Of a stretch of DNA of 64,000 nt, positions 8,573 through 17,936 are shown one piece after another. Positions within the stretch are counted from its first letter, which is position 1. Each line of letters begins with the position of its first letter. The notes under the pieces were generated by a model. It ran no database searches, was not told the DNA's origin, and saw only the letters and a list, made by a program, of their open reading frames with translations. Position numbers and translations under genes: made by a program. Origin of the DNA: Gammaproteobacteria bacterium (GTDB lineage Bacteria > Pseudomonadota > Gammaproteobacteria > Burkholderiales > SG8-39); assembly GCA_041496705.1 (NCBI GenBank), contig JBGQFD010000002.1, positions 17,938-81,937 on the forward strand. Direction: 5' to 3'.

Positions 8573-11077
8573 TTACCAGTCCTCCTTGACGGCGCGCACC
8601 GCCTCGCCGCTCATCGCCCGCCGCCCGCTCGCCACCGCGGTCAGCGTCGCGACGAAGAGCATCGCGACGACGAACTCCGCCAGCAGCCGCCAGGGCAGGT
8701 ACAGTTCCATGCCCCAGTGGAACGACTGGCGGTTGACCACGTGGATCAGCACCAGGCTGATGAGGCACCCTAGCGCGAGCCCCACCGCAAGTCCCAGCGC
8801 GCTCACCAGCGCGCCTTCCATGGCGAGCATCGCGCCGATCTGGCGGCGCGTCATGCCGAGGTGACGCAGCATGCCGAACTCGCGCCGGCGCGCGAGCACC
8901 AGGGCACCGAAAGCGGACGACAGGCCGCACACGCCGATGACTAGCGCGACGGCCTCGAGCGCATAGGTCACGGCAAAGGTGCGGTCGAAGATTCCGAGCG
9001 AAGCGTCGCGAATCTCGCCGGGAGCGGTGATATCCAGGGACACGCCCGCGCCCGCCCGCGCCTCGATCCCCAGGCGGACGTTTGCCGGATCCGCGCCCGG
9101 CGCGAGCCACAGCGCCAGGTCGTTGGCGTTGGGATCGCCGCTGTAACGGACGTATTCGTAGCGTTCGATCAGCACCGCCCCCTGCTGACGCGCATAGTCG
9201 CGCCACACCCCGGCGACGCTGAAACGCGCCTCGCGTCCGCCCAGTGGCAGCACGATCACGTCGCCGGGGCGCCACCCGTAGACGTCGGCGGCGATCTCGC
9301 TCACCCAGGCAGGCGGCGCATCGCCCGGTCGGCGTGCGTGCGCCGCCCCGAGCATGGGCGGCAGCCGGCCCTCGGCCCCGACGACCCGGGCGAGCAGCGT
9401 GATCGCCGGCCGGTCCGGCGCCAAGATCAAGCGCTGGCTGCGCATGAACTCGGCGCGCCGTACGCCGGGCAGTGCCGCGATGGCCTGCTGGTCGGCGGGC
9501 GAGAAGAACGCGGTATTGCCGCCGGACCCTGCGCGCACGTAGAGATCGGCGGGGAGCACCCGCTCCAGCCACTGGTCGAGCGACTGGCGAAACGACGCGA
9601 CCATGATGGCCATCGACACGATCAGACTGACGCTCGCGACGATCGCCGCCAGGCTGACGCCCACCGCCCCGGCCGAGCCACGCAACTGCGCGAGACCGAC
9701 CTGTGCTACGACCGGCCCCCTCGCGGGCAGCGCGTGAAAGCAAGCGAGCGCGATGCGCGGCATGAGAAGCACCGTGCCGATAAGGAGCAAAGCGATCGCC
9801 GCATAGCCGAACAGCGGCAGCCCGCCCACTGGGCCGGCCTGCGTGAGCGCGGCCCCGGCGAGGAGCGCGGCGATGCCGGGCCACGCCGACCGCAGCCGAT
9901 CGAACGCATGCACCTCGTCTCCGGCGCGCAGGGCTTTCGCCGGATCGGCGCGCGCGGCCTCCAGGGCCGGCGCCAGACTGCCCAGAACCGCCGCGGTCAC
10001 TCCGAGACAGAAAAACAGAGCCAGCGCCGGCGCGTCGGGCACCAGCACCGGGTTGATACCGCGGAAATATCCCGCGCCGAGTTCCGCGCCGAACCGACGC
10101 AGCACCGCCGCGGCAACGACGTAGCCGAGCAGGACTCCAAGGAGCGAACCCGCCACGCCGACGCTGGCGGCCTCGGCGAGCAACATCGCCACCAGCCCGC
10201 GCCGCGTCAAACCGAGCGCGCGCAGCAGGGCAAGCTGGGCGCGCCGCCGCACCACCGCGAGCGCCTGCGCCGAGAACACCAGGAGCCCTCCGGTGAACAG
10301 CGCGACCAGCGCGAGCACGTTGAGATTCACCCGGTAGGCGCGCGACAGCGACGCGTTGCGATCCACCTCCGCATCCGGGCGTTCCACGAGCAGACCGGCC
10401 GGCAACCCGGCGCGCAGCTGCCCGGCGAACCGTTCGGGATCGGTTCCGGGAAGCAGTCGCAGATCGATGCGGTTCAGCAAGCCGGGCCGGGCGAACAACA
10501 CTTGAGCGGCGCCGATATCGATGACACCGAAGCGCTCCCGGCCCGCGCCTTCCAGGATCCCGGCAACGCGCAGCGAAATCACGTTCAGTCCGACCTGCAC
10601 GGGCAGCGCGTCACCGGTTTTCAATCCCAGCGACCCGGCTGCGGCGGCGGAAAGGAAAAGCCGGTCGGGCCGCAGGAGATCCAGCCGGTCGGCGACCTCA
10701 GCGGCGGCTAGGAACGGCTGGATCCGGGACGCGCGGAAGACATCGAGTCCGAGAATTCTCAGCGAATCGCGCTGGCCGGGAATTCTCGCTTCCACCTCGA
10801 GCACAGGACTGGCCACCGCTACTTCGGGGAGCCTGGCCACGCGCGGGTACAAGGCTTCGTCGAACCCGGAATGGGAACCGCCGATGGTGAGATCGGCCTC
10901 TCCCGAAAGCAGCTGGACCGCCGTCCGGAATTCTCCGAGGGCGGCGCCGTTGACCAGCTGCACGGCATAGCCGAGCGCCACGCCCAGTGCTATGGCGGCG
11001 AGCGACAACGCCAGCCGCCCAGGGTTCTGGAGCGACGGCGCGATCAGCAGGTTGAAGCGGATGCCGGAGAGCGGCAT
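8573..11077 (-). CDS. ABC transporter permease, double FtsX-domain (MacB/AttFG-like)
   Basis: 834 aa with two repeated 4-TM FtsX modules. It is flanked downstream by the AttH-like gene. Confidence 0.9.
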   Translation of the reverse strand: MPLSGIRFNLLIAPSLQNPGRLALSLAAIALGVALGYAVQLVNGAALGEFRTAVQLLSGEADLTIGGSHSGFDEALYPRVARLPEVAVASPVLEVEARIPGQRDSLRILGLDVFRASRIQPFLAAAEVADRLDLLRPDRLFLSAAAAGSLGLKTGDALPVQVGLNVISLRVAGILEGAGRERFGVIDIGAAQVLFARPGLLNRIDLRLLPGTDPERFAGQLRAGLPAGLLVERPDAEVDRNASLSRAYRVNLNVLALVALFTGGLLVFSAQALAVVRRRAQLALLRALGLTRRGLVAMLLAEAASVGVAGSLLGVLLGYVVAAAVLRRFGAELGAGYFRGINPVLVPDAPALALFFCLGVTAAVLGSLAPALEAARADPAKALRAGDEVHAFDRLRSAWPGIAALLAGAALTQAGPVGGLPLFGYAAIALLLIGTVLLMPRIALACFHALPARGPVVAQVGLAQLRGSAGAVGVSLAAIVASVSLIVSMAIMVASFRQSLDQWLERVLPADLYVRAGSGGNTAFFSPADQQAIAALPGVRRAEFMRSQRLILAPDRPAITLLARVVGAEGRLPPMLGAAHARRPGDAPPAWVSEIAADVYGWRPGDVIVLPLGGREARFSVAGVWRDYARQQGAVLIERYEYVRYSGDPNANDLALWLAPGADPANVRLGIEARAGAGVSLDITAPGEIRDASLGIFDRTFAVTYALEAVALVIGVCGLSSAFGALVLARRREFGMLRHLGMTRRQIGAMLAMEGALVSALGLAVGLALGCLISLVLIHVVNRQSFHWGMELYLPWRLLAEFVVAMLFVATLTAVASGRRAMSGEAVRAVKEDW

Positions 11078-11103
11078 CCGGCAATGTTATCGCGTCGGCG
11101 TGC

Positions 11104-11742
11104 TCACGCAACCAGACCGTGTCGCATGGCGAACTTGACGAGTTCGACGGTGTCGTGAACCTTGAGCTTCTTCATGATGCGCGCCCGGTAGGTCTCGATC
11201 GTCTTGGGGGAAAGCGACAGCGCTTGGGCGATTGCGGCGTTGGTGCGGCCTTCGACCACGTGCTGCAGCACGTCGCGCTCGCGCAGGCTGAGGCTGTCCA
11301 GAGGGCTGAGGCTCGCGCCCTCGCGCAGATAGCCGTCGATGACCGTCTCGGTGATCCTGTGACTCAGGTAGCGCTTGCCCGCACGCAGTGCACGGATCGC
11401 CTCGACCACTTCATCCCCTGCAGACTCCTTTAGAACGTAGCCCTGCGCGCCTGCCTGCAGCGCCCGGTAGATATGTTCTGCGCTGAGGTACATCGAGAGG
11501 ATCAGCACGCGCGTGTCCGGGCACTTTTCGGTAATGCGGCGCGTCGCTTCGACGCCGTCGATCTCGGGCATGGCAATGTCCATGATGACGATGTCCGGCC
11601 GCAGGCGTTGCGCCTCGGTAACGGCGTCGCGACCGTTTCCCGCTACCCCGACCACCTTGAGATCCTGGGTGCCGTCGATGAGCGCCCGCAGGCCGTCCCG
11701 CACCACCGCGTGATCGTCTACGAGAAGGATCGTGACCGGCAC
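11104..11742 (-). CDS. NarL/LuxR-family response regulator
   Basis: Receiver domain (ILLVDDH...DIVIMDIAMPEIDG) plus LuxR HTH (LSLRERDVLQHVVEGRTNAAIAQALSLSPKTIETY). The GTG start at 11742 sits 1 nt after the kinase stop. Confidence 0.9.
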   Translation of the reverse strand: MPVTILLVDDHAVVRDGLRALIDGTQDLKVVGVAGNGRDAVTEAQRLRPDIVIMDIAMPEIDGVEATRRITEKCPDTRVLILSMYLSAEHIYRALQAGAQGYVLKESAGDEVVEAIRALRAGKRYLSHRITETVIDGYLREGASLSPLDSLSLRERDVLQHVVEGRTNAAIAQALSLSPKTIETYRARIMKKLKVHDTVELVKFAMRHGLVA

Positions 11743-11743
11743 T

Positions 11744-14713
11744 TCAGATCTCCGCTGCTGTGCGATATTCGACCAGCACCTCGACGCCCACATCGGGCTG
11801 CGCCCTCAGGACAAATTGCGCCCCGACGGCCTCGGCTCGCTCGCGCATGATCAGCAGCCCCCAGCCTGATCCTTCCGTGGATCCTACCCTGCTGGGGTCG
11901 AAGCCCACGCCGTTGTCTTGCACCGACAGAGTCGCCCGCCCGTCGCGGCGCCGGATCGCGATCTCGACCCGGTCGGCACTCGAGTGCTTGGCAATGTTGG
12001 TGAGCGCCTCTTGGGCGATTCTGAACATGGCCAGATCGACAGTCTTGGGGAAATCGGTGCGCGTCGAATCTCCGTCGAAAGCGACCTGGATCCCGGTTCT
12101 TCGCGAGAACCCGGCCGCGAGCGAGCGCAGCGCCGCCGGCAGTCCATACTCGTCGAGGGTGTGTGGACGCAGCTCCGTCATGAGGTTGCGTATCGCATCG
12201 ACCATGTCCCGGACCAGCATGCTGCAGTCATCCAGGCGCGCCGCCAGCTCCGGCTTTGTTTTTGCCGGCAGGCCGCCTGCAACGATGCTGAGATTCAGCC
12301 CGAGCCCGGTCAGATTCTGCCCGACGAGATCGTGCAGCTCGCGCGCGATGAGCCGGCGCTCCGACTCCTGGATCTCCACGAGACGACGCGAGGTCACCCT
12401 CAACCGGTCGGCGTAGTTGTGCAGATCTTCCTCGTCGCGCTTGCGCTCGGTGATGTCGTGGCTGATCTCCGAAAACCCGCGGAGCTTTCCATCGGCGTCC
12501 CGGAGCGGTGTGGCAATCACGTGAGCCCAGAAGCGCGACCCATCCTTGCGCACGCGCCAGCCCTCGCTCTCGTATCTGCCCTGCAGCGCGGCGAACTCGA
12601 GCTGGATGCCAGCGTCCCCGCGGATGGCGTGATCCGGAAGGAAGAAGCACGAGTAATGCCTGCCGATGATCTCCTCGGCGCGGTAACCCGCGATGCGCTC
12701 CGCCCCGAGGTTCCAGCTCGTCACGTGGCCTTTGGTGTCGAGCATGTAGATCGCGTAGTCGCGCACGTTTTCCACCATCATGCGAAAGCGCTCCTGGGAG
12801 ACCTTCGCCTGCTCTTCGGCGCGTTTCCGCTCCGTGATGTCTTGGCAGGTACCGAGCACCCGCACGGCTCGGCCCGACGCATCACGGTCCACGCGCGCTT
12901 TGCTATGAATCTCGCGAATCTCTCCGTCCGGCCGCACGATGCGAAACTGGCATTCGTAGGCGTTACCGTCGTGCAGGGCTTTGCGCGCCGCCCGTGCGGT
13001 GCGCTCTCGATCTTCCGGGTGGACGAACGGGTAGAAGCCGTAGAAAGCCGAGGGCAGGTGATCGCGAGCGACACCGAAGATCCTGGACAGCTGTTCCGAC
13101 CACTGGCGCGAATCGTCGAGCATGTCCCATTCCCAGCTGCCCAGATTGGCGAGCGCCTGCGCTTCCTGCAATTGCACTTCGCGCGCCTGCAGCGCCTCGT
13201 TCTTTTGCCGTTGCTCCGTGACGTCGCGCGAAACCTTGATGACGCTCACGACGTTGCCTTTCGAATCGGAGACCGAGCTGACCTGACTTTCCATGTAGCG
13301 AGCCTCCCCGCTCGGCAGCAGGAAGCGAAACTCGGCTCGCCGCGCCACTCCGTCGCGGACGGTATCGAAAAAAGTCTTGCGGACCCGCTCCCGGTCTTCC
13401 GGATGTACGCTCTGGAACGATTCAGTGCCCACCAGGGCCTTGTAGTTCTCGATCAATCCAGCGTACGCCGGATTGAGGTACACCAGCCGCCCCTCTGGGC
13501 TCAGCAGGGCGATCATGTCATATGCGTTCTCGGCGATCAGGCGGAAGCGCTCTTCGCTTTCCCGCAGATCTTTGGTGATTTGGTCGGCGATCTTTACTGC
13601 CCGGGTTCGGGAGGAAGATAGAGAATAGAGAATCCCAAACAGAAGGAAGCTCGAGAGCAGTCCGCCTGCCAACACGATAGACGGGAACAACCTATTGACC
13701 TGATCGACAAACACCTTCTCTGGGGCGCTGAAGTGTATCTCCCATTTCCGCCCGCCGACTTCGATTGGAAGGTTCTGACTGAGACCATAGCCGAGGCCAT
13801 CCTCCTGGGACTGTGTGTTCGAGTTCCGTATCAGCTGATTGCTGTCGAATAGCAATCTTTCGTTGTCGAGGCTCAGACCGCGCCGATCCGAAGCAGGTCC
13901 GGTATCGTAGAGTCGAAATCGCAAGAATTGCAGCGTTTGTTCATCGAGCGCGCCCCTCATCAGATTCTCAACGTTGAACCCCGCGCCAACCGAACCCACG
14001 TATGCGGCACGCCGATCTTCTTTGGTGACTAGGGGAACTCCCTGCCGGTAAACAGGTAATCGCATCGAAAGTCCAACAAATGCCTTCTCGCGCATCACTC
14101 GAATAAGCCGTCCGGATGCCGTCAGGCGCCCCGAATCTCGAGCGGATTGTAGAGCTTCCAATGCGGCAGCGTGATTACTAGCTGCAGCGTTGGCGGAAGA
14201 AATGTCGAGACCCAAGGCAAACTTATTGGCGGCCATGGGCTCAAGGTATACCAACACGTGATACTCGGATCGGTCGCCAGGGGGCTTGATTGTGAATTCG
14301 GGGTAGCCTCCAGGTTCGATGCTGGTGTCGCGACGCACCTCGTCCTCGAATCGCTTCTTGTCCTCAGCCCGAATTGGAATCGCGAAATTCACCACCTCAA
14401 AACCGGGAAATCGATTCTTTAGATCCAGGGATTCGACATACCTGTGAAATTGCGCTCGGCTAACCGTTCTTTGAGTGCCGAACAGCGCCCGCACACCGTG
14501 CAGAACACCCGCGTACGACTGAATGCGTGCCTCAATCACCCGCCTTGCTTCCGCAGCTTGGTGGTCGAATCGCTCCCTTGCGGCGCCTTCGATATTGCCC
14601 CGAATTACCGCATACAGGATCAGCGAGAATAGGCTGCCGGTCACCAATACCAACCCTGGCAAGACGACGCCTAGCCGCACACGAGAGGCAACGGAGTCAG
14701 AGGCCTCGGTCAT
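11744..14713 (-). CDS. Sensor histidine kinase: TM - CHASE - TM - 3x PAS - HisKA_3 - HATPase
   Basis: 989 aa with a CHASE-like periplasmic block (FHRYVESLDLKNRFPGFEVVNFA...YLEPMAANKFALGLD). Three PAS modules each end in ITERK-type motifs. The H-box is ARELHDLVGQNLTGL and a GxG ATPase end is present. Confidence 0.9.
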   Translation of the reverse strand: MTEASDSVASRVRLGVVLPGLVLVTGSLFSLILYAVIRGNIEGAARERFDHQAAEARRVIEARIQSYAGVLHGVRALFGTQRTVSRAQFHRYVESLDLKNRFPGFEVVNFAIPIRAEDKKRFEDEVRRDTSIEPGGYPEFTIKPPGDRSEYHVLVYLEPMAANKFALGLDISSANAAASNHAAALEALQSARDSGRLTASGRLIRVMREKAFVGLSMRLPVYRQGVPLVTKEDRRAAYVGSVGAGFNVENLMRGALDEQTLQFLRFRLYDTGPASDRRGLSLDNERLLFDSNQLIRNSNTQSQEDGLGYGLSQNLPIEVGGRKWEIHFSAPEKVFVDQVNRLFPSIVLAGGLLSSFLLFGILYSLSSSRTRAVKIADQITKDLRESEERFRLIAENAYDMIALLSPEGRLVYLNPAYAGLIENYKALVGTESFQSVHPEDRERVRKTFFDTVRDGVARRAEFRFLLPSGEARYMESQVSSVSDSKGNVVSVIKVSRDVTEQRQKNEALQAREVQLQEAQALANLGSWEWDMLDDSRQWSEQLSRIFGVARDHLPSAFYGFYPFVHPEDRERTARAARKALHDGNAYECQFRIVRPDGEIREIHSKARVDRDASGRAVRVLGTCQDITERKRAEEQAKVSQERFRMMVENVRDYAIYMLDTKGHVTSWNLGAERIAGYRAEEIIGRHYSCFFLPDHAIRGDAGIQLEFAALQGRYESEGWRVRKDGSRFWAHVIATPLRDADGKLRGFSEISHDITERKRDEEDLHNYADRLRVTSRRLVEIQESERRLIARELHDLVGQNLTGLGLNLSIVAGGLPAKTKPELAARLDDCSMLVRDMVDAIRNLMTELRPHTLDEYGLPAALRSLAAGFSRRTGIQVAFDGDSTRTDFPKTVDLAMFRIAQEALTNIAKHSSADRVEIAIRRRDGRATLSVQDNGVGFDPSRVGSTEGSGWGLLIMRERAEAVGAQFVLRAQPDVGVEVLVEYRTAAEI

Positions 14714-14850
14714 GATCCGTGCAATGAGCTCATCTGCTGGTCAAGGCAGTCAAGTGTACTGCAAGAGCATCAAACGGAATCAATGGCTCTGCGGAATACG
14801 TCCGCGAAGACTTCCCGAAATATCCATTTCGATTACGTACGACAGAAGAC

Positions 14851-14878
14851 AGAAAGACCGGATCGCTCCGGTCTTTCT
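14851..14878 (-). terminator. Rho-independent-type terminator hairpin downstream of the GRDP/WC-repeat gene
   Basis: Perfect 12-bp inverted repeat AGAAAGACCGGA-tcgc-TCCGGTCTTTCT, 33 nt after the stop at 14911. On the minus strand it is followed by GTCTTCTGTC. Confidence 0.6.
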
Positions 14879-14910
14879 TGAATGATGCCGCTACCACCAC
14901 CGGTTGCAGC

Positions 14911-15621
14911 TCAGATGCTGGCTGCCTTCGCCAGCTTCGGCCTTACCGAGAGACTAAGCTTGTTCACGGCAGGCCGGGCTGCAGCGCGCCAAGCAGCCCC
15001 TTCGGGTTCGCCGGCTGCCGCACACCAGGATGGGTCATCGGCTCTGGCGGCGGCAGCGCACCATGCCGCGCCTTCGGGCTGAGCCGCCGCCGCGCACCAA
15101 GCTGCGTCCTGAGCCTTAACGGCGGCTGCACACCAAGCGACTCCTTCAGGCTGAGCCGCTGCCGCGCACCATGCCGCATCCTTAGCGTTGATCGCGGCGG
15201 CGCACCACGCTTCGTCACCGTGCTTTGGCTCGCCGAACTCCCGTTCATACAATCGCTTCATGTTTTCGGAGGCTACTTTGAGATTCGCCCTATCTTCGGC
15301 GCCACGCATTCCAAAATACGGGAAATGGTGTAAAAAATATCCGAATACATTCTGGCAGTCGTCTGCGTACTTGAGCGTGTCCAAGATATGCCCATGCCAG
15401 AACTTGTCCACATCCTTGCTCGGCGCAATGGTCTCCTCAGGATGGGTTACTAAGAGAGCAAGAAACCGCTTGTACAACAGCTCTACACGGTCGACGTATT
15501 CACGAGACCAGCCCTGCCCCTCCTCTGCGTCCATGAGTTTCAGCTTGATGGGATCCAAATCTAGGGCTTGAATTCCAGCTACTACCTGCTCACCGGACCG
15601 GTTCATCAACTTTGTGTGCAT
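14911..15621 (-). CDS. GRDP/DUF1399-like His-rich domain fused to 7 x 12-aa W-C-A-A-A repeats (function unknown)
   Basis: 236-aa ORF with a GAGGAG RBS. Residues about 20-130 carry FWHGHILDT...FLHHFPYFGMRG. Residues 137-216 are exact-period repeats. It has its own terminator. There is no signal peptide or TM segment. Confidence 0.8.
   Translation of the reverse strand: MHTKLMNRSGEQVVAGIQALDLDPIKLKLMDAEEGQGWSREYVDRVELLYKRFLALLVTHPEETIAPSKDVDKFWHGHILDTLKYADDCQNVFGYFLHHFPYFGMRGAEDRANLKVASENMKRLYEREFGEPKHGDEAWCAAAINAKDAAWCAAAAQPEGVAWCAAAVKAQDAAWCAAAAQPEGAAWCAAAARADDPSWCAAAGEPEGAAWRAAARPAVNKLSLSVRPKLAKAASI
14974..15213 (-). repeat. In-frame imperfect tandem repeat: 36-nt unit, 72-nt super-unit, about 6.7 copies
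   Basis: GCN-TGG-TGC-GCN-GCN-GC cores recur every 36 nt. The encoded Trp residues fall at 139, 151, 163, 175, 187, 199 and 211. Confidence 0.85.
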
Positions 15622-16149
15622 GGTTCTTACTCCTCTGTCATTCGTTGGTAATCAATATGGAAACCGGCTTGAAAGAAGGTCGCTCTTCGAGCTGTTTCCG
15701 CGAGTCGTTTCGATCAAGAGAGTGATCGGGAATCAGGATTCGAAAAGCATTTCACCTCCCCCTGTCGAGGCGGTTCGAAAAGCTGCACTGAGGTATCGGG
15801 TGCGGGCGCTCATGCTCAAGAGCAGCACTGCCCATCGGTCTCGACTTCCCAACAGGCCATAGCCCACAGACTGCGGCGGGCGTGACTACGAACTTCATCC
15901 GACGATCTGTAACGGAACGTTCCCCAGCGCTCATTTGTCGGCGCGGTCGTCTGCCAAAGGCCCTTCGCACTAAGGGAATCTAATCAGGAGCAGCGGAAAG
16001 ATGCTGTCAGGCAAGACCGACAACCGATGTAGGGCTTTCCCTTACAGGGCCACGCAGAGTAAGCCGGCAGCCTTGCATGCGCCGCCGGCCCGGCTTGGCG
16101 CCGGGCAGGCATCGCCGCCCCTGCCGGCGGCGATAGCGCGACGGAGGTG

Positions 16150-16599
16150 TTACGAGCCGGCCACGATCACCAGCTCGTTCCGGACTGACGTGACGCCCGG
16201 GACATCGGCCGCCACCCGGGCGGCCTGTTCGCGATGCGCCCGCGAGTCCGCCGTTCCGTACAAGGTGACGACCCCGCTCGAGGAACCCGCGTCTATCGCG
16301 AGCAGCTTCAGCCGCGGGTCGGATCCCAGCGCGGACTTCACCCTGGCTGCCAAGGCCTTGTCCTCGTCGACCTTCGCTGCTTGCGCAGGCTTGGCCGCGG
16401 CGACCGGCCTTATCGGTTCGGTCTTTTCTTCCGTCGGCCTGGGCGCCAGCTGCACCTGGGATACCGGCCCGGTTTCCTTCTCGCTCTTCCACAGCGATGC
16501 GATCTGGTCGCACGCGACCAATCCGATTGCCAGTACACTTGCGCCCAAGGCGGGATAAACGCGATGTGCCTTCCTGCCAGATTTCATGATCTTCTCCAT
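16150..16599 (-). CDS. BON-domain lipoprotein
   Basis: Lipobox LAIGLVAC, a Pro/Ala/Lys-rich linker, and a C-terminal BON block (VKSALGSDPRLKLLAIDAGSSSGVVTLYGTADS...VPGVTSVRNEL). The start is either 16599 or 16587. Confidence 0.8.
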   Translation of the reverse strand: MEKIMKSGRKAHRVYPALGASVLAIGLVACDQIASLWKSEKETGPVSQVQLAPRPTEEKTEPIRPVAAAKPAQAAKVDEDKALAARVKSALGSDPRLKLLAIDAGSSSGVVTLYGTADSRAHREQAARVAADVPGVTSVRNELVIVAGS

Positions 16600-16754
16600 T
16601 TCCGGACAATACTGCCCTAGGACACGTCGCGATTCCGGTAGTTGCATCCCGCCATGCAAATTCCCGAGTGCTGTCGCTCCGCGGCGACGGGTCTCGCGCA
16701 GAAACTCTGCATGCGCGCCGATCGCGTTGATTCACGCATCCCATTGGTTCGCCC

Positions 16755-17936
16755 ATGACCCGTCCCTTGACGCTCGAACCCAGACTCGCCGCAATCCACG
16801 CGGCGGAAACCCCGCGTTTTTCCAACGCCGAAATGGCGCGCCGCCGCGCCGCGCTGCTCGCGGTCATGCAAACCGCGGAAGTCGACCACCTGCTCGTGTG
16901 CGGCGAGCAGCGCGCCGGTTCCGGAGTCGCCTGGCTCACCGCCTGGCCTGCGACCGTGGAGGCCTATGCAATCGTGGCAGCCGACGAGCCGCAGGTCATG
17001 TATGTGGAGTGGTACAACCACTGGCCTCAGGCAAAGCAGCTCGCCCACGACACCGAGGTGCACTGGGGCGAGCACCAGGGCATCGAAAAGGTCATCCGCG
17101 ATCTAAAGTCCAGGGGTGCGAAACGCGTCGGAATGATGGGAACGCTCGGCTACGCAAAGTGCAGGAAGCTCGAGGCGACGTTCGGTTCTCTGGTCGACCT
17201 GAACCGCGAGTACGTGCGGCTGCGGCTACTGAAGTCACCCGAGGAGATAGACTGGATGCGCATCGGCGCGGCGCTTACCGACCTTGCCATCGAAGGCTTG
17301 CGGCGCGAAGCGCGACCGGGCATGACCGAACGCGAACTGGGCGCGATCTGCGAGGCCGCCTACCATCCTCACGGCGGCGTGACCTACATCCACTACTTCC
17401 TCGCCACGCCGATGGCGAATCCTGAATACTGCGTGCCGCGCCAGTTCGCCTCCGGCCGCAGGATCCAGCCGGGCGACGTGGTCGCCACCGAGATCACCGC
17501 CCAGTTCTGCGAGTACCCGGGCCAGATTCTCAGGACTTTCACGGTGGCCGCGGAACCGACGCCGCTCTTCCGGCGCCTTCACGAAACGGCAGAGGCCGCG
17601 TACGACGCCGTCACCCGGGTCGTCCGTCACGGCACGACTATGCAGGAGATTCTCGACGCGGCCGGGGTGATCGAGCAAGCCGGCTTCTCAGTCTACGACG
17701 ACCTGATGCACGGATTCGGGGGAGGTTATTTCCCACCGGTGCTCGGATCGAAAAGCCGCCCTGCCGGTCCCCTTCCGGACATGAAGCTCGAAGCAGGCAT
17801 GACCTGCGTGGTGCAGCCCAACGTCATCACCAAGGACCAGAAAGCCGGAGTGCAGGTCGGCGAGCTGGTGCTGGTGACAAAGACGGGATTCGAGAGGTTG
17901 CACGGCGCCGGGCGCGGCCTTTTCCGCATCGGCTGA
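16755..17936 (+). CDS. M24 family peptidase (Xaa-Pro aminopeptidase/creatinase-like)
   Basis: 393 aa with a creatinase-like N-domain and a pita-bread C-domain (GDVVATEITAQF...MHGFGGGY...MTCVVQPNV...GELVLVT). Confidence 0.85.
   Translation: MTRPLTLEPRLAAIHAAETPRFSNAEMARRRAALLAVMQTAEVDHLLVCGEQRAGSGVAWLTAWPATVEAYAIVAADEPQVMYVEWYNHWPQAKQLAHDTEVHWGEHQGIEKVIRDLKSRGAKRVGMMGTLGYAKCRKLEATFGSLVDLNREYVRLRLLKSPEEIDWMRIGAALTDLAIEGLRREARPGMTERELGAICEAAYHPHGGVTYIHYFLATPMANPEYCVPRQFASGRRIQPGDVVATEITAQFCEYPGQILRTFTVAAEPTPLFRRLHETAEAAYDAVTRVVRHGTTMQEILDAAGVIEQAGFSVYDDLMHGFGGGYFPPVLGSKSRPAGPLPDMKLEAGMTCVVQPNVITKDQKAGVQVGELVLVTKTGFERLHGAGRGLFRIG

Noticed and set aside
14974-15213. Regular 36-nt repeats that could superficially suggest a CRISPR array
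   Set aside because: The units are contiguous with no spacers. They are imperfect, lie in frame inside a 236-aa ORF and encode a regular peptide repeat. No cas genes or leader are present.
15622-16149. Small ORFs (15614..15862 +, 15752..15970 -) and a possible riboswitch or sRNA in the long region upstream of the WC-repeat gene
   Set aside because: The ORFs have no RBS and have shadow-like composition. I could not recognise any known riboswitch consensus by eye. The region is left as an unexplained long 5' region, mentioned under the low-GC islet finding.
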